Origin: an uncultured Clostridia bacterium
GTDB taxonomy: Bacteria > Bacillota > Clostridia > Christensenellales > CAG-917
Direction: 5' to 3'
NCBI GenBank assembly: GCA_947589395.1
Contig: CANQAA010000002.1
Location: 1-59,745 of the forward strand
Length of the DNA: 59,745 nucleotides
Part shown: positions 1 through 8,391 of the stretch, piece by piece
Position numbering within the stretch: the stretch's first letter is position 1
Layout of the letters: each line of letters starts with the position of its first letter
Position numbers and translations under genes: made by a program
Notes under the pieces: model-generated
Database searches by the model: none
What the model saw: the letters and a program-made list of their open reading frames with translations, nothing else
Told to the model about the DNA's origin: nothing

Positions 1-129
1 TAGAGCGAAGCGTAAGTTTTGCGTGCGCGGAGCGGCGAAAAAACCGCGCCGCCCTCGTTAGGACTTGCAAAACGCAAGTCCGGAGGACATACGCGGTTTT
101 TGAGCGGTCGGGATTGCTTTGGTTTGAAG

Positions 130-276
130 TTATATGGTTTGATGTATACCGGTGTCTACGATTGAAGAAAGCGCTTCGGGCGGCAATCCGAGTATGCACG
201 CCGAGACCGATACTGTGAGCGAAACAAATGCTGTCAGCAGGATTATGATGAGCTTTTTCTTTTTATCTTTGTCCAT
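130..276 (-). CDS. hypothetical small membrane/lipoprotein-like peptide (48 aa)
   Basis: Read by hand (below ORF-track cutoff). ATG at 276-274 with GGGGGA 6 nt upstream. MDKDKKKKLIIILLTAFVSLTVSVSAC... has a Lys-rich n-region, a hydrophobic span and an SAC lipobox-like motif. Stop at 132-130. No homology support. Confidence 0.25.
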   Translation of the reverse strand: MDKDKKKKLIIILLTAFVSLTVSVSACILGLPPEALSSIVDTGIHQTI

Positions 277-278
277 AT

Positions 279-1409
279 ATGTCCCCCGAAAATGTATTTT
301 GCCACCGTGAGACTTTCCCGACCGCTCGCCTCGATTATAGCGCTAAAGACGCCGCCTTCCAAAAAATTATGTCAAAAAAATTTTCAAATACAGAATTTTC
401 CGAATATATTTTAGGTATGGAAAATTTCAATCTCATTTATCTCGACTCGCCCTTCAAGGGTGAAGTTTTGTTCAACAGGAGCGTGGAGGAGTATATGACG
501 CGCGCGCTCGGCTACGGGGAGGAGTGTAAAGAACTAAGAGCCGACAAAGTCAATCTCGTCCTCACTCTCGACATGCCGCTTGTGAGCTTTGAGGCAATAG
601 ACAGAGCGTATTTTTTGATGAAACAGCGCTCGCTGAAGGCGTTGAGGCTGGGCAGCGGCAACTCAAAGATCGTCATAGGCAAGGACGACGAATGCAAGGT
701 TTTTTTGCAGGACGACGCATTTTTGAATATTGATGGTGCAAAATCGCTGAATATGGTGTATAATCTATTGCGAAAGAGGATCGTGAGAGGGCATCTCGAG
801 CGCGGGGTCGTCATCTATGACGATCAAACGGTCTTCATCGACGACACGGTGCAAATTATGGCGGGCGCAAAAATCCTGCCCTTTTGCCGTATTGAAGGGG
901 AGACCGAGATCGAAAAGGACGCCGAGATATCCGCCTCTCACCTCAAAAATTGCCGCGTGCTTTCAGGCGCAAAGATAGAAGCGTCCCATCTTGAAGGCTC
1001 AACGGTGCGAAGCGGAGCGACAGTCGGTCCGTTTGCAAGGCTGAGAGGCGCGGACATAGGCGAGGGATGCAGGATAGGCGACTTTGTCGAGGTCAAGGCG
1101 TCCACGCTCGAGGGCGGCGTCAAGGCGGCGCATTTGAGCTATATCGGCGACGCGCGCGTCGGCGAGAGAACGAACGTGGGCTGCGGCAGCGTCTTTTGCA
1201 ACTACGACGGCAAAAGGAAGAGCCAAACGACCGTCGGCAAGGATTGCTTCATTGGCGCAAACGCAAATCTCATAGCGCCGATAAACATCTCAAACGGCGC
1301 GTATATCGCCGCCGCTACGACCGTCACGCAAGACGTGAAAGAGGATGAATTTGTGATCGGAAGAGTGCGCGAAGAGGCAAGACCAAAAAAAGAAGTAGAG
1401 CGCACATAA
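279..1409 (+). CDS. glmU: GlmU-like protein with an intact C-terminal hexapeptide-repeat GlcN-1-P acetyltransferase domain and a shortened, degenerate N-terminal nucleotidyltransferase region; start codon uncertain
   Basis: The C-terminal half (GAKIEASHLEGSTV...NYDGKRKSQTTVGKDCFIGANANLIAPINI...) is the left-handed beta-helix of GlmU. Its position upstream of pth-mfd matches Bacillota synteny. I cannot find the LAAGxGTRM nucleotide-binding loop, and the protein is about 80 aa shorter than canonical GlmU. There is no SD before ATG 279; alternative ATGs are at 369 and 417. Confidence 0.7.
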   Translation: MSPENVFCHRETFPTARLDYSAKDAAFQKIMSKKFSNTEFSEYILGMENFNLIYLDSPFKGEVLFNRSVEEYMTRALGYGEECKELRADKVNLVLTLDMPLVSFEAIDRAYFLMKQRSLKALRLGSGNSKIVIGKDDECKVFLQDDAFLNIDGAKSLNMVYNLLRKRIVRGHLERGVVIYDDQTVFIDDTVQIMAGAKILPFCRIEGETEIEKDAEISASHLKNCRVLSGAKIEASHLEGSTVRSGATVGPFARLRGADIGEGCRIGDFVEVKASTLEGGVKAAHLSYIGDARVGERTNVGCGSVFCNYDGKRKSQTTVGKDCFIGANANLIAPINISNGAYIAAATTVTQDVKEDEFVIGRVREEARPKKEVERT

Positions 1410-1492
1410 TCGCAAAAAGCGAAGTTTATATGCACAAAACGCGCGTATAAAGCGCTGAATATGAAACTTGATAATACGCAAAAGGAGCAATT

Positions 1493-2074
1493 ATGTTTGC
1501 AATCATAGGTTTGGGAAATCCCGGAAGAAAGTATGCCGACACATATCACAACGTCGGCTTTATGACCGTTGACAAATTGAGGGAGGAGCTTGGCTTCAAG
1601 CCCTTCAAGGCGGACGGGAAGTCTCATGTCACGCGCGGCTATTGGGAAGGGAACGAGATCTTGCTCTTAAAGCCAGACACGTTCATGAACGCATCCGGCG
1701 AGGCGGCGAGAGAGATCGTGAACAAACATAATATAGACGTAGAGCGCGAGCTCATCGTCATATACGACGACGTGGACGTGGATATAGGCAAACTCAGATT
1801 CCGCGAGGAGGGCAGCGCCGGCACGCACAACGGCATGCGCAGCGTGATAAAGGAGCTTGGCACTCAAAAGTTTTTGCGCATGAGAGTGGGCACTCGCGCG
1901 AAGGCTCTTAGCGATGGCGAGACGGCACTCATCGACTTCGTGCTTTCAAAGATCCCGTTTGAGGAGAGGCTTCTTATCGACGGCGCGATAGAAAGAGCGG
2001 TCGAGGGCATAAAAAAATATCTCTCGGGCGTTGATATGATGCGGATCACCGAAAAGCTCAACAGGGTGGACTGA
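1493..2074 (+). CDS. pth: peptidyl-tRNA hydrolase
   Basis: MFAIIGLGNPGRKYADTYHNVGFM... is the canonical Pth N-terminus. AGGAG lies upstream. Conserved pth-mfd adjacency. Confidence 0.95.
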   Translation: MFAIIGLGNPGRKYADTYHNVGFMTVDKLREELGFKPFKADGKSHVTRGYWEGNEILLLKPDTFMNASGEAAREIVNKHNIDVERELIVIYDDVDVDIGKLRFREEGSAGTHNGMRSVIKELGTQKFLRMRVGTRAKALSDGETALIDFVLSKIPFEERLLIDGAIERAVEGIKKYLSGVDMMRITEKLNRVD

Positions 2075-2075
2075 G

Positions 2076-5000
2076 ATGTTGACAAATCTGTTGGATATAT
2101 GCTCATATGATGAAAAATTGCAGCCGCTTCGCTCGCTCGGCGAAAAAAAGCTCCCGGACGGCAGGCTGTCGGCAATTTGCATACGCAACGCGTCCGAAGG
2201 CTTCAAATTTAACGTCATAGCGGATATTCCCGCGAGAAAGATCATCGTCACTTCCGACGCGCTCGCCGCAAAGAGCGCGGCAAGAAAGCTCGCGAGTTGG
2301 GGCTTGAAGGTGAAATATCTTCCCGCAAGAGAGGACGTGCTCGTCGCAAGAAAAAACGCGGCGACCGCCACCGTGCACGAGAGGATGGAGGCGCTCTCGT
2401 CGTTTGCGTTCGACGAGGCGGACGCGGTCGTGCTCAGCGCGGATTGCCTTCTTCAAAGCTTCCCAAAGCGGGAGCTCGTAAAAAAATTTTCCGTCCTCTT
2501 TTCAAAGGACGACGTCATCTCCCCTCAGGAAGCGACAAGAAAGCTCGTCATGGCGGGATACTCAAGACAGGACATGATCGCCGACGTCGGAGACTTTGCC
2601 TTAAGGGGAGACATTTTGGACGTTTACACGCCAAAAGGCGCATACAGGTTGAACTTTTTCGACGAATTTGTTGAAAACATCAAGGCGATCGACGTCGACA
2701 CGATGGTGACTTCAAACGAAGTTTCCCGCCTTTTAATATATCCCGCGAGCGACATTTTGCTCGACGAGGAGGGACTCAAGCTAACGTCCGAGAGGCTAAA
2801 GGCGCGCCTCAGCGTGAAATACGCCGCGCAAACGCTTTCGGGCTTGAGCGTGGGCGCGTGCTCCCCTGCGGGAGTGTGGGGACTGCCGTTTATGAGCGAG
2901 AGCGTGGAGGGCGTCCTCGACTTTTTCGACGACGACAGACCCTCCGTCGTGGTCCTTGACGAGCCGAAGGTTATCTTTGAAAAGCTCAATTTATTGAAAA
3001 AAGAGTTCGACGGAAGAATAAGCGCTTTGACAAGCGCGGGCGAGATCCTCGAGGAGCACAAAAAGGCGTATTTTGAGGTGTCCGCCGTAAAAAGACGGCT
3101 GGAGTTTGCAAGAAAGCTCGGCTTTTGCTCGTTGTTTTTGTCAAACGCGCTGTTTGAGCCGTTGACTATCATCGACGCTCCCACAAAAGCCGTGACAAAA
3201 TATTATCTCGACCCCGCGAGCATGGGGACGGAGCTGAGATCTTTTTGCGCGAATCAGATGAAGGTCATCATCTGCACGGGCTCAAGGGAGAGGGCTAAGA
3301 GCGTCGTCGAGAGTTTGAGAGATCTCGACGTATATTCAGAATATTCGGAAGACGGCGACGCGGATTGCTCGGTGGCGGTCACTCCGCTCTCGGTCGAGGT
3401 GGGTTATATCTACGCAAGGCAAAAACTCGTGCTCGTGGGCGTTTCGGAGTGCATAGGCAAGCACGTCGGCGAGAGCGTCGTCTCAAAAAAGAGCGGATTC
3501 ATCGCGCCGAAAGCGGGGGACTACGTCGTGCATCGCGTTCACGGCGTGGGACTTTGCGAGGGCACGGTCAGGATGAAGACGGGGGAGTTTGAAAAGGACT
3601 ATATCGTGCTTCGCTATCGCGACGGCGACGTCCTTTATGTGGCGACGGATCAGACCAACAACCTGCAAAAGTTCGTGGGCGAACAAAACCCAACTCTCAA
3701 CAAACTCGGCGGCAAGGAGTTCGAAAAGGAAAAGCAAAAGGTGCGCAAGTCCGTGAGGGCTATGGCGCTCAACCTCGTGGACGTCTACGCAAAGCGGGAA
3801 AAGCAGCGCGGCTTCAAATATGACGCGGACACCGTCTGGCAAAAGGAGTTCGAGGACAGCTTCGAATACGAGGAGACCTACGACCAGCTCAAGGCGATTG
3901 GCGACGTCAAGGCGGATATGGAAGCCGGGCGCATCATGGACAGGCTCATCGTCGGCGACGTGGGCTTTGGAAAGACGGAGGTCGCCTTTCGCGCGATGTT
4001 CAAGACAGTGCTCGACTCAAAACAGGCGGTCCTCATCGCCCCGACGACTATTCTTGCGCGGCAGCACTACGAAAACTTGCTTCCTCGCCTCAAGCCGTTT
4101 GGCATAACGCTTGGGCTGCTCACCCGCCTTCAAAGCGGCAAAGAAAACGAAAAGATCATAGAGCAACTCGCGTCGGGGGAGATGAACATGGTCATCGCGA
4201 CCCACAAAGTCCTCTCAAAAAACGTGCAGTTTCACGATTTGGGGCTGGTCGTCCTCGACGAGGAACAGCGCTTTGGCGTGGAGCACAAGGAGACTTTGAA
4301 GGCGCGCTATCCCATCGTCAACGTGCTCACCCTCTCGGCGACGCCCATTCCGCGCACGCTCAATATGTCGCTTTCGGGAATACGCGATATCTCCATGCTC
4401 GAGACTCCGCCGCTCGGACGGCTTCCCGTGCAGACCTATGTCGTCGGCTACAGCGACGCGATCGCGACAGACGCCATATCTCGCGAGACGGCAAGGGGAG
4501 GGCAGACGCTCGTTTTGCTCAATCAAATAGACGCGCTCGAGCCGTACGCGAACAGACTTCGCGCGCTTTTGCCTGACGTTCGCATAACAACCGCGCACGG
4601 TCAGATGCCGCCGAACTTGCTAGAACAGCGCATATCGGCTTTTTACGACAAGCAATTTGACGTGCTCATATCAACAAGCATCATCGAAAACGGCATAGAC
4701 CTGCCCGACGCAAACACCTTGATCGTCATAGACAGCGAGCGCTTCGGACTTGCGCAACTCTATCAATTGCGGGGCCGAGTGGGACGGCGCGGCGCGCTTG
4801 CAAACGCGTACTTCACCATTCCCGCAAACGGCGCGATCTCGGACGTGGCGGAAAAGCGCCTGTCCACCCTTCTCGACAACACCGAGATAGGCAGCGGCTT
4901 CAAGATCGCCCTCGCGGACCTCTCCATACGCGGCGCGGGAAATTTGCTCGGCGCGGAGCAGAGCGGACACATCGAAAAGGTCGGCTACGAGATGTATCTC

Positions 5001-5495
5001 GAGATCTTGGACGAAGCCATCAGGGAAATCAAAACGGGGGTCAAGGCAAAGCCCATCCGCGACGCCGAGATGAAGGTGGACGTGCGCGCCTACATCCCGG
5101 ACGGCTACGTCAGCAGCCGCGACAAACTCAAACTCCTCAAGCAAATTTCTGAGGTCTCCTCCGTCGCGATGAAGTCGAGACTGATTGCGGAGCTCAGCGA
5201 CATCTACGGCTATGTGGATAGACCCATTGAAAACCTCATCGACGTCGCCTTGCTCAAAAACCTCGCCTCGAGACAGGACGTCTCCCGCATAGTCATAAAC
5301 CGCATGGGCGCGGGCGCAAACTTTTATGACGCGGACGTCTTCAAAAACGAGGAGCTCATGAAGGCTGTCGCGGACAACCGCGATATCTGCGTGCTCACCG
5401 ACACCATCCCGCCCACGCTTATCTTTGACGTCGACAAACTCACCGCCGAGCAAAAACTTGAACGCCTCATCGACTTTTTTGCAAGCGTCGCGTGA
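2076..5495 (+). CDS. mfd: transcription-repair coupling factor
   Basis: 1139 aa. Contains a CarD/TRCF RNAP-interaction segment (YVVHRVHGVGL), SF2 helicase motifs (GDVGFGKTEVA, DEEQRFGV, LSATPIPRTL, GRVGRR) and a C-terminal TRCF domain. The ATG is 1 nt after the pth stop. Confidence 0.96.
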   Translation: MLTNLLDICSYDEKLQPLRSLGEKKLPDGRLSAICIRNASEGFKFNVIADIPARKIIVTSDALAAKSAARKLASWGLKVKYLPAREDVLVARKNAATATVHERMEALSSFAFDEADAVVLSADCLLQSFPKRELVKKFSVLFSKDDVISPQEATRKLVMAGYSRQDMIADVGDFALRGDILDVYTPKGAYRLNFFDEFVENIKAIDVDTMVTSNEVSRLLIYPASDILLDEEGLKLTSERLKARLSVKYAAQTLSGLSVGACSPAGVWGLPFMSESVEGVLDFFDDDRPSVVVLDEPKVIFEKLNLLKKEFDGRISALTSAGEILEEHKKAYFEVSAVKRRLEFARKLGFCSLFLSNALFEPLTIIDAPTKAVTKYYLDPASMGTELRSFCANQMKVIICTGSRERAKSVVESLRDLDVYSEYSEDGDADCSVAVTPLSVEVGYIYARQKLVLVGVSECIGKHVGESVVSKKSGFIAPKAGDYVVHRVHGVGLCEGTVRMKTGEFEKDYIVLRYRDGDVLYVATDQTNNLQKFVGEQNPTLNKLGGKEFEKEKQKVRKSVRAMALNLVDVYAKREKQRGFKYDADTVWQKEFEDSFEYEETYDQLKAIGDVKADMEAGRIMDRLIVGDVGFGKTEVAFRAMFKTVLDSKQAVLIAPTTILARQHYENLLPRLKPFGITLGLLTRLQSGKENEKIIEQLASGEMNMVIATHKVLSKNVQFHDLGLVVLDEEQRFGVEHKETLKARYPIVNVLTLSATPIPRTLNMSLSGIRDISMLETPPLGRLPVQTYVVGYSDAIATDAISRETARGGQTLVLLNQIDALEPYANRLRALLPDVRITTAHGQMPPNLLEQRISAFYDKQFDVLISTSIIENGIDLPDANTLIVIDSERFGLAQLYQLRGRVGRRGALANAYFTIPANGAISDVAEKRLSTLLDNTEIGSGFKIALADLSIRGAGNLLGAEQSGHIEKVGYEMYLEILDEAIREIKTGVKAKPIRDAEMKVDVRAYIPDGYVSSRDKLKLLKQISEVSSVAMKSRLIAELSDIYGYVDRPIENLIDVALLKNLASRQDVSRIVINRMGAGANFYDADVFKNEELMKAVADNRDICVLTDTIPPTLIFDVDKLTAEQKLERLIDFFASVA

Positions 5496-5733
5496 TTTTT
5501 CAAGGTCAAACGTACGTTCAAAGGACGCCCGATTGCCTTATTTCAGCGTGATACAAGATCCGGCATACAGTTTCAATAAAAAACGGAAACGGCATTTTAA
5601 CCAAACAAAACACCTGATAAAATGCTTTTTTTGCAAAAATATATTCATATTATGTGTGTCGATATATCTCGAAAAAATCGAAATCGGCAATATAAATATA
5701 ACATGAAGCAAGCCGCTTAAAAGTGCAATTTTG

Positions 5734-5940
5734 TTAATATTCGGCTCTTCCCAAAAGATAGTCGACCGAAACGCCGAAAAGATCTGCCAACTTTACCAAA
5801 TACGGCGCAGTCGGCTCGCTTCTGTCGGTCTCCCAATAGCACACGATAGAATAGCTGGATCCAATAGCTTTGGCAAGATCCGCTTGGCTTACGCCTTTTT
5901 CCATGCGCAATTCTTTTAATCTCTTTGCAAATACTTCCAT
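5734..5940 (-). CDS. XRE-family helix-turn-helix transcriptional regulator (68 aa)
   Basis: KRLKELRMEKGVSQADLAKAIGSSYSIVCYWETDRSEPTAPYLVKLADLFGVSVDYLLG is a typical Cro/C1-type HTH. Divergent from the 6031 gene. Confidence 0.88.
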   Translation of the reverse strand: MEVFAKRLKELRMEKGVSQADLAKAIGSSYSIVCYWETDRSEPTAPYLVKLADLFGVSVDYLLGRAEY

Positions 5941-5953
5941 AAATAAAGATTAC

Positions 5954-6006
5954 TCAATATTTTGAGCAAAATGCTTTACACTCAATATATTGAGTGATAT
6001 TATAAT
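5954..6006 (+). promoter_or_regulatory. two operator-like palindromes (CTCAA-N4-TTGAG) overlapping a sigma-A-type promoter for the 6031 gene
   Basis: CTCAATATTTTGAG at 5954-5967 and CTCAATATATTGAG at 5981-5994. The second extends to a perfect 18-bp palindrome (5979-5996). Centres are 27 bp apart. The second fills the spacer of TTTACA (5975-5980)-17 nt-TATTAT (5998-6003); TATAAT is at 6001-6006. Confidence 0.55.
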
Positions 6007-6030
6007 TAAAAACAGCTTAATGAGGTAGCT

Positions 6031-8208
6031 ATGAAAAAATCAAATCTTATAAAAAATGTTTTGTTGGTTTTATCATTCGCTTGTTTGATATTCTGTCTGT
6101 CGGCATGCTCTGATAAACGCGGGGTGAATGGCGCCGAAACTTACTATGATATAAACGTCGGCATCATTGTGACATTTGACGGAAAAGGTTCCTGCGACTA
6201 CGGCGGTATGATTTATAAATATGAGATCAAAAACGGATATTATTACATTTACGGCGACAACACTATCCTGCTCAAACAACCAAAAGACGGTGTGCTGGCA
6301 TTGGCGAATAGTTATGGCTACACGTTTGAAACTTCCGCACGCAGCGGCCCCTTGAACGAAAGCATTTATATTGGTCCGTCGGGTAGCATAACTTTGTCCG
6401 ACGACGGCACTTTTATCGGATCGGACGGATACTCGACCGTTATTGCAATCGGAAATTATTATTATAACGACGGCGTTTTGATGTTTGAACAAACAGCGGG
6501 GATAGACGCCAACGGCGGTTGGTCCACAGCGGTCAAATATTTCACGTTGTATGTGGAAGAGGTGACGGGAAGATTGGCGGACGTGCTGCTGAAAGATCCC
6601 GATTATTACAAAAGTTGGCACTTTGACAGCGAAAATGAAGATCCCTCGGGCGGACCCGAAACTCCTTCTTCCGCAAAACATTCGCTCACATACGATCTCA
6701 ACTATGACGGGCTGACGATTATATCGTCGCCGGTCGCCAAAAACGACTATGTGGAATTGCTTGTCCCAAAGCGCGACGGCTATGTTTTTGATGGTTGGTA
6801 TTATGAATGGTACCAAGTTGAAAGCGGCGTATGGCAGTACGATACAGACGTCACTCTGACGGCGCATTGGCGCGAGATGACCTACACGATCACCTACAAT
6901 GCAAACGGCGGAGATCTTCCCGAAAACAAGATGACATCTTTCTCGATCCTTAGCAACGATCTACCATATGCGTTGCCCATCCCCACCAAGGAGGGTTGCA
7001 ATTTTGAGGGCTGGTATGAGGACGAAAACTTTCTGAGTGGGAAAATAACAGAGATACCCAAAGGCAGCTTGCGCAACTACGTTCTGTATGCAAAATACAC
7101 CGACGAGGAGCTGTTGGAATTCGAGCTGTCGGATGACGAAGAATATTATACAGTCGTCGGCTTCAAAGGCTATCCGCAATACATTTCCGTGCCGGCGACA
7201 AAGGATGGAATGTCTGTCAAAGAGATAGCGGCGCGCGCTTTTGAAAATTGCAACTCATTGATCAGCGTCGCTCTTCCCGACGGCATAGTGAAGATAGGGG
7301 AGTCCGCATTTGATCATTGCTACAACTTGACCTCTATAAACTTCCCCGACGGTTTGACGACCATCGGCAGTTCCGCGTTTTCTTACTGCTATAAGCTGAG
7401 AACGGTTGACTTTCCCAAAAGCGTGACTTCCATCGGTTCAGCTGCGTTCAGCGATTGCGACAGCTTGACTGTTGTTGATTTGCCCGAAAACCTGACTGTC
7501 ATAAGCGCAGGAACATTTGGTTATTGCTACAACTTGATCGCTGTCGATTTCCCGGATGGACTGACGGCTATTGAATATGGTGCTTTCTGTAGTTGTTCAA
7601 AACTTGCTTCCGTGAACTTTCCCGATGGATTGACAAGCATAGGCGAACGTGCGTTCGAGTGTGACAACTTGACGACCGTAACGCTGCCTGACAGCATAAT
7701 GAGAGTAGGAAATAACGCTTTTGACGATAGATTGTGCACGCGATATGCAAATTGCTACTATTTGCCTACGAAGAGCAGTGCATATGGCGTTTTGTGCAAG
7801 AGCGTTTCGAATGACATTGTCAGTGTAAAGATACATGAGGGTTGCAAGGTTCTTGGCGATTGGGCATTCAATAGTTGCCACAGTCTCACGTCGTTAAGCC
7901 TTCCCGACGGCTTGATTTCCATCGGAGAATATTCCCTCTGTTACTTAACAACGATAATCATTCCCGCCAGCTTGACAAAAATGTATAGTTACAGCGGCAG
8001 TGATGTTATATTCTATAAGGGGAATGCCGACAGTTGGGACAGGATCGAGGGGCGGCCCGATTATTTAGCAGGCAAATTATATTATTTCAGCGCGGACGAG
8101 CCTGCGGACGACGGCAACTATTGGCACTATGCGCAGGATGGGACTACGCCCGAAATTTGGCAAAAGGAAGTTATCGGGGCAGCGTCGACAGAATACGCAA
8201 TAGGTTAG
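6031..8208 (+). CDS. surface lipoprotein with Listeria-Bacteroides (Flg_new-type) repeats and BspA-type leucine-rich repeats
   Basis: Signal peptide with lipobox (LIFCLSAC). Two Flg_new-like units (GYVFDGWYYEW...TLTAHW; CNFEGWYEDENF...LYAKY). About nine LRR units of form AFxxCxxLxSVxFPDGLTxIG (7180-7990). GAGGT SD. Confidence 0.85.
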   Translation: MKKSNLIKNVLLVLSFACLIFCLSACSDKRGVNGAETYYDINVGIIVTFDGKGSCDYGGMIYKYEIKNGYYYIYGDNTILLKQPKDGVLALANSYGYTFETSARSGPLNESIYIGPSGSITLSDDGTFIGSDGYSTVIAIGNYYYNDGVLMFEQTAGIDANGGWSTAVKYFTLYVEEVTGRLADVLLKDPDYYKSWHFDSENEDPSGGPETPSSAKHSLTYDLNYDGLTIISSPVAKNDYVELLVPKRDGYVFDGWYYEWYQVESGVWQYDTDVTLTAHWREMTYTITYNANGGDLPENKMTSFSILSNDLPYALPIPTKEGCNFEGWYEDENFLSGKITEIPKGSLRNYVLYAKYTDEELLEFELSDDEEYYTVVGFKGYPQYISVPATKDGMSVKEIAARAFENCNSLISVALPDGIVKIGESAFDHCYNLTSINFPDGLTTIGSSAFSYCYKLRTVDFPKSVTSIGSAAFSDCDSLTVVDLPENLTVISAGTFGYCYNLIAVDFPDGLTAIEYGAFCSCSKLASVNFPDGLTSIGERAFECDNLTTVTLPDSIMRVGNNAFDDRLCTRYANCYYLPTKSSAYGVLCKSVSNDIVSVKIHEGCKVLGDWAFNSCHSLTSLSLPDGLISIGEYSLCYLTTIIIPASLTKMYSYSGSDVIFYKGNADSWDRIEGRPDYLAGKLYYFSADEPADDGNYWHYAQDGTTPEIWQKEVIGAASTEYAIG

Positions 8209-8345
8209 CGCACAAGCTCACTCCGCCGCTCATTGCATACAAGTTGGGCTGAATTTCCGGTAGGTTTATTGCCTGATAATGCAAAAATCGAAGTTTATCT
8301 CGCATTTTTGCATATATAAACTCAATATTTGTGCAAAAAATGCAG

Positions 8346-8370
8346 ACGGGCGCAAATTGCGCCCGTTTTA
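8346..8370. terminator. bidirectional intrinsic terminator between convergent genes
   Basis: ACGGGCGCA-AAT-TGCGCCCGT is a 9-bp stem, flanked by an A-run upstream and TTTTA downstream. Confidence 0.7.
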
Positions 8371-8391
8371 TCTTTGAGTGTAAGTTTTCGC

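Noticed and set aside
5516-5540. AAAGGACGCCCGATTGCCTT resembling pieces of the inverted-repeat and tandem-repeat elements
   Set aside because: Only 9-11-nt matches (AAAGGACGCCC, CGATTGCCT). These are too short to distinguish from chance without a genome-wide count.
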